NCBI GenBank assembly: GCA_965287045.1
Contig: OZ336876.1
Coordinates: 3,224,001 to 3,288,000, forward strand
DNA: 64,000 nt
Source: Carcharhinus amblyrhynchos
Taxonomy: Eukaryota
Direction: 5' to 3'
The notes under the pieces: generated by a model
What the model was told of the DNA's origin: nothing
The model's database searches: none
Seen by the model: only the letters and a program-made list of their open reading frames with translations
Shown here: positions 1 through 11,747 of the stretch, piece after piece
Numbering within the stretch: the stretch's first letter is position 1
Layout: each line of letters begins with the position of its first letter
Made by a program: the position numbers and the translations under genes

Positions 1-660
1 GTCCCAACACTGACCCCTGCGATAGTCATCCGGTTGCAGATTTCTCTCCTGAAAACATCTGTCTTATAACAGCTGTCTGTCTTCTGTTAATCATCCAATC
101 TTCTAATTGTGGTATTATACTATACCAAAAATCATGGGTTATTATTTCATTAAGGAGACTTTTGTTGAGCAATAGCTCATCAAACTCTATTTGGAAGTCC
201 AAGTATATTATATTTACAGCGTTCCCTTAATCTAAACTACTCGTTACCACCTGAAGGATTTAAAATACATTTGCGTAGCATGATTTCCATTACGCAAAAC
301 GATGTGGCGCTATTTCATGATATTATATGCTTGTATATGATCTGCTATGATATCCATTACAATCGACTCTAACATGTCCATAAGGACGGATATTAACTAT
401 CTGGGTAATTGTTCTTGTTTTCATTAACCTCCCCTTACGAATAGGGGTAGTGCTAATTTTCCACTCATCTGTTTTTTTTCCCACAATTTAAGAATTCTTG
501 AAAGAATCAGAGCTTGCGTTATTTCTGGAGCCACTTCCAGAGTATTCGAGTCTGCAACATATCAGGCCCACGGTACTTATCGTCATTTTAACACTTTCGT
601 TTCCTTAGTTTTTTTTTCTACTCATTGGTGTTTTATTAATTTTCCTTCAACCCAACCCTG
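1..660 (-). mobile_element. Old CR1-like LINE RT-region fragment
   Basis: Starts gtcccaacactgacccctgc (antisense of the QGSVLG RT motif); heavily degenerate; right boundary approximate. Confidence 0.55.
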
Positions 661-1849
661 CATTTGGAAACAAATCTGCTCAAACATAACCTACTGAACA
701 ATTGATTAAATGTATTGTAGCCGCAAATAATTGAATTCAATGTAAAGTGTGATGGGGCTTTTGAACACCGAACTAATAACTTGAAATGCATTTTAGATTT
801 CAGGAAAATCATATTAATTGTTGCTTTCTTTAAATTGAAAGCAACATTTTAGTTTTAATGCATAATTAGCGTCTCTCTTTGAGAAACGGTGAACTGAGGC
901 AACAACATCATTTTCAAAGATGTTATCCCGCCAGTTTTAAAAATGCACTTGTTTTAGCATGGTAGTGACTAGAAAATCGGAATTGGACATCTTAAATAGC
1001 AAAATGGTTCACGTACTGAATTGGTGAATAAATGGTTTAAATTGTCTTATAGTTTGGGAAACAATGCCAACGTTAAAGGAAATTTGGTACACACTGATTA
1101 TTGGTACTGCTCACAATTTCCTTCCGAAAACATTATTGACAACACAGTCCACAGGCTCTCTGAGGAAATACTGGAGTACACCAGACAACACTACGTGAAA
1201 TGTTGTTCTGGAAGGCGAAAGACGTTGGGGAATGGGATGATTGCAGTTAAAAAAAACACTCCCACTCATTGCAAGCGATTGCGACGTGGACACCTGTATC
1301 GAATGATCATCGGGTGATAATATTTAAGAAAAAATGTGACGAAGTTAACACTTGCTTATTATGCAATGGGTGGATATAAAATCAAACGATAGTGTATTAA
1401 ATGGCGGGATGATCATTTTTTTCAAATATTTTACATTGCTCGCTAGATGTAAATCATTTTGAGTTTGGCACCTCTATGGCTATATCTACCTATGCACTGA
1501 ATTAATGAACATTCATTAAGTGTTAAATGTGTTACCAAACGGAGCGAATTGTTGTAAGTGTCTCCATCTACATTGAATATGTATGTTTCCACCACAAATG
1601 AATGTCTGACTTAACGTCAGCCTTTCTAACACAAACAATGACATCGGCGCCCAGTATAGCCGACTGGTTAAATGTGAGTAGATAACGCAGCTAACAATGT
1701 ATTTCAGCCTGAAATGAATACAGAAAATGTTACACAACAAACAAAAAAAAAGAAAACTAATGGTGAATTTGCCCTGTGACATTCTTTCATGATGTATGCC
1801 CATCACTGGCAAACTGATAATTTGTTGTTTGTCCCTGTTTTCCCCTGGG

Positions 1850-2165
1850 GCAGTGTATCGCTGGGCCATTCTAGAGGCCAGGTAAGTTTCAGCCACATTG
1901 TTTATTACTGTTGATGTTGCTGATCTGGAGTCATACGGTTAATAAGGTGAATGTCCTTCCTAAAGGTCATTCGTCAACCAAATCAATTGTTAGCAATAAT
2001 CGACAACAGTTTAATGTTCGCCATCACTGTGACTAATTTTATAATTGTACACATTAATAATTTAATTTAAAGTCCTACAGCTGCGGGTAGCGTTGAAACG
2101 ATGGCCCCATGGTATTGAGATGTATTGTTGCTTTAATTGTCCAGTGACGTTACCACAACACAATC
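1850..2165 (-). mobile_element. Degenerate copy of the 5' head of the LINE at 62140 (another copy near 11200-11320)
   Basis: gctgggccattctagaggccag..cagccacattg..ctggagtca matches the reverse complement of about 62140-62440. Confidence 0.55.
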
Positions 2166-2237
2166 TGCGGCTTTTTTTTACTGATAAAGATTTAAAAAAT
2201 GACAATTGTTCACCACATAGTTTCTTCTCTCTTTTAG

Positions 2238-2552
2238 ATACTGTACGAATGCGATTGATTGGTGGGGAGGATTCTTGTTCAGGAAGAGTGGAGATTTTTT
2301 CTCACAGTATTTGGGGATCTGTCTGTGACGATGGTTGGGATATGAGTGATGCGAATGTGGTTTGTAAGCAAATGGGTTGCGGAGCCGCCAAATCGGCACT
2401 TCACGGCGCCCATTATGGTGCAGCCACTGGACCTTTTTGGATGGATGATGTTGCTTGCAAAGGTACAGAGTCTAACTTGCTACATTGTCAAGCAAAACCT
2501 TGGGGAGAGAATAACTGCAACTCTGCCAAAGCAGCCTCTGTTATTTGCACAG
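2238..2552 (+). CDS. Exon SRCR-A1 (group B SRCR, 8 Cys)
   Basis: ttttag|AT ACT GTA CGA ATG CGA; [25 protein letters not shown]; ACAG|gtacga; 315 nt. Confidence 0.95.
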
Positions 2553-5500
2553 GTACGAGAACATCAGGACACATTTTCACAGGCAGGCTGGTACATCATT
2601 AGTTTGCTCCTCGCTCATTTCAATAAGATTGGTTGGCATTTCATTTACTTCTAAAAAAAGCTAATTTCGACTAATGCAATTGCAAATTTCTATCTACCTC
2701 CAAGTTGTCTGGACAACATGATAGTCAATAGAGTGCACGATTGCCTTTCTGTTAGCACGAGATTGTGCACGTGAAACATTGCAGAGGCGAAGGTATTCCT
2801 ACAATGTGTGGCCTTAGGTCAAAACAAAAATAATCTGATTGTGCTGTAAAAAAATCTCTAATTAAGTTAGAGCGTAGGGGAAGACCAACAGACCAATCGC
2901 GGTGCTGACGATTCACATTTGCTTAATCCCATCTTAATTCATCTAACACAGTCAAAATGTCAATGTTTTCGTTTTCTGTTAAGTAAAAAAATATGTAATT
3001 TTCTGTGCTGCACCCATGACATGCACACTGACGCCAAATGGAAGCACATACTGCCTTCATGCATTTCTGCCGATGTCATAAAGCTGACTAATTAGATTTT
3101 GATTAACAGTAAATACAAACCACCCAGTATTAATTGCACGGCACATCACCCTACCTGTATCGCAGAGAGGAACGTTTTCTTCACTTACATTGGGTGCAAT
3201 CATATCGTTTACAAGAAATTATAATACCCAATTCTCAAAGCTAGGGGCATCAATATTGACTATTCGAGCCATATAGTTCGATGCGCAGTCTTTTTTCGAC
3301 CATTTTGTTTGAATTGGACGTTGGTGAACATAGAATTTTTTTCTGCCCCCTATCAAAACTGAATTGGATTATACAGACAATAAATTTTAATATGTTTGTA
3401 TTTTTGTCAATACAATCGTTGAGGCATTTTGACACTGATTGCAGTGTTAGGGGGATGAATGGAGATTTATGGGTGTTATTCACCTATGAAAACATATACA
3501 GGAAGGACAGTTGGAACACTGGTCGTATGTGAAAGCTGTGACACTGAATGAACCAATAAACACTCAAACTGATTTTTTTTTTGTCTGGTGCAGACTGCAA
3601 CAATTGTCGTTAATCACATGAGAAATTCTGCTATCGGCCGTCACACATACATCCTTGTGGCAACAATATAAGCGTAGGCAGGTCAACAGCTGACTCGTAA
3701 CTGAGTGATCAATAGAGAAAAATGAATCGATTGTTGAAGATTAGAATGTATGACTATAAGAGCAGAAGACCCTAAGACATTGGAGCAGAATTAGGCTACT
3801 CGGCTAACCGAGTCTTCTCTGCCATTCAACCATGGTTGATGTTTTTCTCATTCCCATTCTCCTATCATTTCCACATAAGCCCTGATCCTCTTATCAATCA
3901 ATAATGTATCAATCTCTGAATTAAAGGCCTCAATGACCTGACCTCCACCACCTTCTGTGGCAAAAAAAAACTACAGATTCACCGCCTTCTGGTTGAGGAA
4001 ATTCCTCCTCAGATGGCATCGCTGACAGGGAGTCTGCCATGAGTTCCAAATATTATAATTGGAGGTAAATTTAGTCAATATCTGTTGTCTGTAAGTAATG
4101 GGCACTTTCGATGAGGCCGTACTAATAATGCATAACTTTAAATGTCCAGAACCTCTTCCAATAAAACGAAAATTAATTTGAACGAAAATGCAAAGTTGGA
4201 ACAAATTAGAATGTTTTGATTATAAACGTCCATGTCAGTTATTTCATGTTCAGTTCACGTCAGATTTGCAGATTGTAACTGAGCCTTATTTGAATAACCA
4301 CACGTCTCAAACTTCATCCTGGTCTGCTTTATTTAATTATTTGTTTTCGTCATTCTAGCCGTTAGTCCCCTGGATTCGTGTCGTGCAAGTCCACGTTCAA
4401 ACATATCGCCCCTAAATGTGACATATTCATTTACTCTTACGTCCAATAGAAACATTTCAACTCAGACTCGTGAATGGGGAAAATAATTGTTCAGGAAGTG
4501 TGGAGATCTATTCCAACAATACCTGGGAAAGACTCGGTGATAATGATTGGGACCTGGCTGATGCTGAAGTTGTCTGCACGCAGCTGCATTGCGGGTTTGT
4601 TCAATACACAACGGGAAATTCCACGATTGGAACAGGAAACTCATCGATATGGCTGGACTCCTACCAATGCATTGGATCAGAGGCCGCCCTGTGGCAGTGC
4701 AAATCAATAACACTGGATCGGCAAAACTGCAATTCCCAGTGTGGCGCGTCTCTAGTTTGTTCAGGTATAGTTCGGGTATAGTTTTTGTTGTATTTGTAGT
4801 AAGTTATAGAGGATTGAGCAAAACGAACAATGTTATTTTGCAAGTAAGAAAAAAAAGAGCGAATAATGAAGAAGATAAATTATGATGGAGTAACCAAACA
4901 AAAACCGTCACCTCTCAGAAAGTATTTGTCAGTCTTTTTGTACAAAAATATATTTCAATAATTCAATGGGTACACAGAAATGAGAACTTCTGAAAAAAAC
5001 GTCGAATCTTTTAATTTTGTGCTACTATTGGAATATCGCCAGGGTCCTGATATTTAGGAAGAAAACCAAGGATTTGATTTAATTTGATTTGATATTTATT
5101 GTCTTCTGTATTCGTTTAGAGTGAAACAAATATTGCTTCTTATGTGTCGTACAGATAGGTATGCCATACATAGATAAGGAACGGAGAGGGTGTGCAACGT
5201 AGTTTCACACTCATAGCTAGCTTGCTGAGCAAAATCAACTTAATGAGAGGTAGGTCCATTCGAAAGCCTGATGGCAGCAGGGGAGAAGCTATTCTTGAGT
5301 CGGTTGACACATGCCCTTAGACACTGGTACCTAGGCGGAAGAAAGATTAGACATTGGCGGAAGAAAAATTGCCTGGGGTCTTTGATTCTGCTGGCTGCTT
5401 TTCTGAGCCAGCGAGAATTGTGGACAGAGTCAATGGATGGGAGGTTGGTTTGAGTGATGGACTGAGAATCGTTCGCGACCATTTATGCATTTGTATGGTC

Positions 5501-8500
5501 TTAGACAAAGCAGGAGGTTTACCAAGCCGCGATACAACCAGAGGAAAAAAAAACATGTTGCATCTGTAAAAGTTGTTAAGAGTCGTAACAGAAATCCCAA
5601 ATTTCCTGAGCTCCCTGAGCAGCTAGATGTGCTGGTGGGTTTTCTTAACTATACTCTCCGCATGGATGGAGCTTGACAAGTTGCTGGAGATCTGGGCACC
5701 TAGAGAATTAAAGCTCTCAACCATTTCCACTTCGCCCCCTTTGATGTAGACCGGCATACGTCATCTACTACATTTCCTGAAGGTGATGAATATCTGTTTC
5801 ATTTTGCTGACACTGAGGGAGATTTTACTGTCGTCGCACAAGTTCACCAGATTCTCCATCACTTCTTTCTGGCTAGATCACAGCTTGGCATGACTCCTAT
5901 TCTGCCCAAGACAGCGATAGACTACAAACAGTGTGAATGCAGCCGAATTCATCACGCAAACCAGCATCCCATCCATTGGTTCTGTTTGCATAACCCGCTG
6001 CCCAGGCAAAGCGACCAGCATAACAAAGGACCGCACGCACCCTGGATATATTCTCTTCCACCTTCTTTCGTTGGGAAGAAAAGATACAAATGTCTCAGGT
6101 TACGTACAAACCGAATCAAGCACAGCTTCTTCCCTGCTGCCGTCAGAGTTTTGAATGGACTTACCTTGCATTAAGCTAATCTTTCGCTACACCCTAGCTA
6201 TGACTGTAACACTACATTCTGCATTCTATCGTTTCCTTCTCTGTGAATTGTATGCTCTGTCTTTATAGCGTGCAAGAAACAATACATTTCACTGAGTGCC
6301 AATACACGTGAATAATAAATCAAATTAAATCAAAATCAAAATCATGTGTTCGAGATGACTATGGTTATGTCGGCAGCAACTTAAAATTCGAGTTGGAGGA
6401 GAATTTCGCAACACAATCATGTTTATAAGGAGTATCATAAGGAGAGGACGCAACATTGTGGGGCATTGGTGTCGAGGATGATTGTTCAGGAAGTGTTTTT
6501 GCCTATCCTTATTGGTTACGGTGTACGGGTTCGAAAGTCTTGGATCCAGTCACAGGAGGTGGAGCCGAACCCCAGGTCACGGTCTTTGGAGATGAGTTTT
6601 GTATAAACAATGGCGTTGAATGCTGAGCTCTATTCGATAAATTGGAGTCTCCTATAGGGGTCTGTGCAATCCAGGTGTGCTCCAGTCCAACACCGGCATC
6701 TCCACATCAATCCAAGTGATCCAGAATTGTGTGTTTAGGGCCAGGTATATAACGTCTGTTGTGGACCTGTTGTAGTGGTAGGCAAGCTGTAGTCGATCCA
6801 GACAATCTGGGAGGCCAGAATTGATTTGTGCCATGACTAACGCTTGGAAACACTTCATAATAATGGATTGCAGTGCCACCGGACGATTTACACTGTATGA
6901 TAAATAGTTGCTGCTTTGTTTGAGACTGACTTGCCAAAGCATTCATTTGAGCATTGAGACAAAAATTGGCTGCCACATATTAATTATAGATAAAACAAGA
7001 ATAGACAGTCAGCATACATGTTGTATTCATAAGGGGCAGGTGCACATATCGTCTCTTTTTCAGCTAAACAAAATAAGAGATTTTCTGACTTCTGTAAGGG
7101 AGGGGGCAATCTGCTCACTTAGCCTATGACTAAACGAGTTCATCCAGGTGACTTCTGTTAATTCCATCTTCCTGATCATAGTTAATATCCCTTCAAATTG
7201 CAACATTTAAGGAACACACCAGTTACTTTTCAAGTGGTTTTAGAGTGTTTGCCTCCGCCACCAACTCAGAAAGTGAATTCCTGGCACACGCCACCTTCTG
7301 CAATAGAAAACACGATGTGTGTCCCTTCTGCTCCCTCTGCGGCTTAGCTTGAAACTGTGATCCCAGTTTTTAGAACATTTTGCCAAGGGCAGTACTGTTC
7401 CCCTGTCCCCTCCCACTCTATCCTTCAGAATTTAGTATGCCACAATCATGCCAACCCTCGGAAGTTTTTGTTTTCTGTTCCATGGAAGACAACACCAATG
7501 TCTTCTGCTTGTTCCTATAATTCTCCAGCGTTAGCATTAACCTAGCAAACATTCCCCGCACTCTCTCCAAATTAATTACATCCTTCCTGCAGTGTGATGA
7601 CCACAAAGACACACAACACTCCAGTTATGGCTTCGCCAGTGCCTTATTAATTTTCAACAAGCAATCTCTATCAAAGCATTTTATACGTTTGCCAATAAAG
7701 GAGACAATTACATATACGCCCTTTAGAACGTCACCTACCTGCACTACTTCAAATAGGGAACTGTGCACTTGCATGGCAGGATCTCTCACTTCATCCGCAC
7801 CTCCCAATTTATTCTTTTTTATCGTGTATCCCATTTTCAAATTTGTCCTCTCTAAATGCATAATCTCACACTTTTCAGATTTGAACTCCGTAGGTAAGTT
7901 TCATGCGCACTCTGTAACCTATCTCTATCGTTTTGGAACTTACAAATCTTCCTCGAGACTATCCATTCTCTGGCCATTTTTTCTGGTGTTGTCTTTGAAA
8001 TTCTCATTCGTTCAAGTCGAAATCGTTAATACATAAAATAAACAGCAGATGTCTGAATCTCAAGCGCTGCAGAACAAAAATTGACACAACTTTGCGTTCA
8101 GAAGGTCAGCTCTCATCCATTTTCACAAGTTTGCTATGACTAAGCCATCTTTGGAACCAATTAGCCTTGTCATCCTATGGACTTTAGCTTCTAAGACTTG
8201 TATGCATATAGGACTTTTCAAACGCTGTATTAAATTTAAAGTAGACATCATCAATTACACTACCCTCACCAACACTGTGTGTCACGACCTCAAAAAAATT
8301 AAATGCATTTTTAGCCATGTCATTCCTTTAACAAATCCATGCTATCCCTGACTAGTCCACGTTTTTCAAGAAACGGTTACCCGATCTCTCAAGAGAAATT
8401 CGAACTATTCGCTTACCAGCAACGGAAGACTAATTGGCCATTAACTTTTTTGCAATACTTTCGGACTTTTTTTAAAGAACAAATCCACATTTGCATTCCT

Positions 8501-11500
8501 CCAGTCATCTGGTCCCTACGTTGAATCTCAGAACACGATTCATTTCCTCCCTAACCTCCTTCAACATCCTCGGAAAAAATCCATTCCTGTCTTGCGACTT
8601 TTACACTTCAAGGACCCCAATGTTCCCAATAATTCCCCTCTCATTGTAATTGTTTTATCCTATATTACACACTGATCCACTTTGATTTCTATATCCACAT
8701 TAACTAGTCCCCCTGTTCATAGGGAGATAAAACATTCATTTAAACTCTACCCTTTGACTTTCTATCATCTCATGAGTTCCTTTATTCATCTCTGATAGGT
8801 TCCACTCTTTATTTAACTTTCCGTTTGCTCTATATATTCGTAAATCATCATTTTTTTTCTTCCTAATATTGTTTGCTACAATTCTTTTCAGGTCCTCTAT
8901 TTGATTTTTTTTTAATTTACCCTGAACTGTCTATACTTTCTATGGGCGACATGCTGACAGAATGGTTAGCACTGCTGTCTCCGGCTGCTCCGGTTTCCTC
9001 CCACACTCCAAATATGTACAAATTAGATGCATTCGCCATGCTAAGTTGCCATTATGTATAGCTTAGATGGATTAGTCATGCTAAATATAAGAGGTTACGG
9101 GATAGGATGAGAAAGTCAGAGAATCGGTGCAGACACGATGGGTCAAAGGGCTTCTTTCTGCACCGGATGGATTTCATATCCCTGTAGGATACCTACAGTG
9201 TTGATTTGTGTGTTTAACATAAGCTTCGTTTCTGTTTAATCTTCACATACACTTTTTTTATCTCGATGTTTTTTTTTTTCACACGTTTAAGATTGACCAT
9301 GGGAAATTTAGCTTCTGGAAGATCATCAGATGAAAAGACCGACACCACACGCATTCGGTTGTATAGCGCTGGGATGCTGAACTTTGCAGTCAAACGTAGA
9401 AAATGTGTCTTTTAGTATAAAGGCCAGTTGTACCATACGTTCCCAAGAGGTTAGGATCACAAAAAAAAAGATTGAACGGACTTCATTCTGGCAATGTTTT
9501 GATTGTGTGTCGGCAAATCGGTGATAGTACTGTATTTGCATTCATATCATGATGAATTAGTACATGCAATCGGTGTTGCTGATGTGGCACCTATATAGTC
9601 AGCACAACGGATTACTGAGGGTATTAAGGCTCATTTGGGATAGAGTGTGCCCTGTTTGAATGCACTTCTCCACTGGCGGCGGACAGAAATGTCGGCTTTT
9701 TAAAGAACCCGCCGAACCTGAAGTTTTCCTGAATTCGAAATCCTGACGGAAAACTTGATATGCCGGATCCTAACTGCATATATTTACATTGATATAATTT
9801 TCGAAAAGAGATGAAGACCAATGATGACGCTTCCAGTGTTGTAAATATTCAAGAAAATAGATTACGATTAAACATAGTAAAATAGAGATGAGAACAAGCA
9901 ATAATAATTCTACAGATTGAAATTTAGTTAGCACAGTTTGCAAATGTCTCTATTTTTATGAACACTGAGCTAAACATTCAGAAAGAGAATCTGACTGGGT
10001 TTCAACGGTATGAGCACATTGCAATAATAAATTGACTCCACACTTGACTTTAATATCTCCATTGAAGAGTCCATCAGCCTCCTTAACCTACTATTTTTTC
10101 GTAACTCCCTTAATTTTCATTTCACCGCAACTTATTGACAGATGAAGTATCGCAAATGGTTTGTTCGTTACATGTTGAAGTTCAGAAATATTCTGCAATG
10201 CGTTAAGCATTTGCTGGTAAGCAAACAAAAGGAACTTTAACGTCATATGATAACAAGTGAAGTTAAAAGGATGTTTCTTTAATTTTGCATTTTTTTAATC
10301 CTCGTTGTAATGACACTTTGTTTATAACTTTTCATTCCAGATCGTCCACTAAAACCCCATCTCTCTCTAGAAAGAAACCCTGGTATTTTCATGGCGGGAG
10401 ATACAATAAAAATGACTTGCACAGCTTTGAGCTTTTATGCAGGGAGTAAGTTTTACCTGAAGAAAGTTGGTGAAGCGAATCCTTTTGCATTTGGAACGAC
10501 TCCAGATGGAGTTCAAAGTATTACCTTTTCAGTCCAGGACGCAGATTTTAACAACAGTGGAAACTACTCGTGCATCTATGAAACGGAAAAATTTGGAAGT
10601 GCCGTGAACTCAAGCTATAGTGACCCTGTGCAAGTAAATGTAACAGGTGAGCAAAAACGAAACTGCAGCCCCATTGGTTCGAGGAGAACGAAAACAAAAC
10701 ATTGTTCGATAAATATTTCCTTGCTCACTTGATTCAAGTGAGTTAGTTAGAATCTTGGCCAGTTGGCCAGTGTATGGTGCCAGAAATAATTCACAATCGG
10801 TGATGCCCTCTGTCAGATAAAGGTTAGTGGCATATATTCACCAGAAACAAAAAAGATAGAAGATTCTGACACACGCACGTACGTTTGTTTTAGATAAGCG
10901 TCCTCCTTCTGCATGCATATTGACCTTATACTCATTCAAGTTCAAAAGCATCGACTCAGTACTAAGACTAATTTATACCTCAACATGTTAGACATTTAAT
11001 TCGATCTGGATAAACGGCATACCCCGAATTCCCAAGAGATTAAATATGCTGCTAAGGGCAGTTCAGATTTATGTGTGGATTGACCATACCTAATTACATT
11101 TGAGAACAGGTAACGAGAGGCCCACAGTGTTGTTGGAAGTGTTATTGCACGTAAGATTATGCATGTTTTATTGTTTATTCATGATTGGTAGAAGTTTGAT
11201 CCAGTTGAGTGGCTGGTTAGGCTATTTCCGAGGGCAGTAATAAGTGCACCTCATCGTTCTGATTCTGGAGTCACATACCGGCAGTACCTGGCAGTGATGG
11301 TCTTAATCACTGCCTAAAGGGAGAGCTTAAAATGGAGAAAGCACGTTAAAAAAAATAACTAGGTGTGCCTAATTCCCCATAGCAAACATTGAAATTATTA
11401 TTCGCTGCAGTATTTTCAATGAAAAGTGGAAAGAAAAACTGGAATGTGTTCCCCAGCTTAAAAAGTCAATGTAAAAAAGGAAAACAGTTTTCAACACACA

Positions 11501-11667
11501 CTATGAAGCAGAGGTCACTGTCCCTGTGTGTTTTTTTAAGTGTGTGTGTGTCTGTGTGTGCGGGTATGGCTGTGTGTGTATGTTTGCGTGTGTGTGATGG
11601 CCACGATGCTTGAGCATCAATATTTTTCGGGACATCCGGGTGTGAGTGGTTTCACAGAATCTGCTTG

Positions 11668-11747
<80 letters not shown>

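Noticed and set aside
1796-1881. Signal-peptide-like ORF MPITGKLIICCLSLFSPG.. ending at a perfect CAG|GTAAGT donor, as the gene's leader exon
   Set aside because: It ends in phase 2, the phase-1 frame has TAG at 1872, and the donor lies inside a degenerate repeat matching the reverse complement of about 62380-62440
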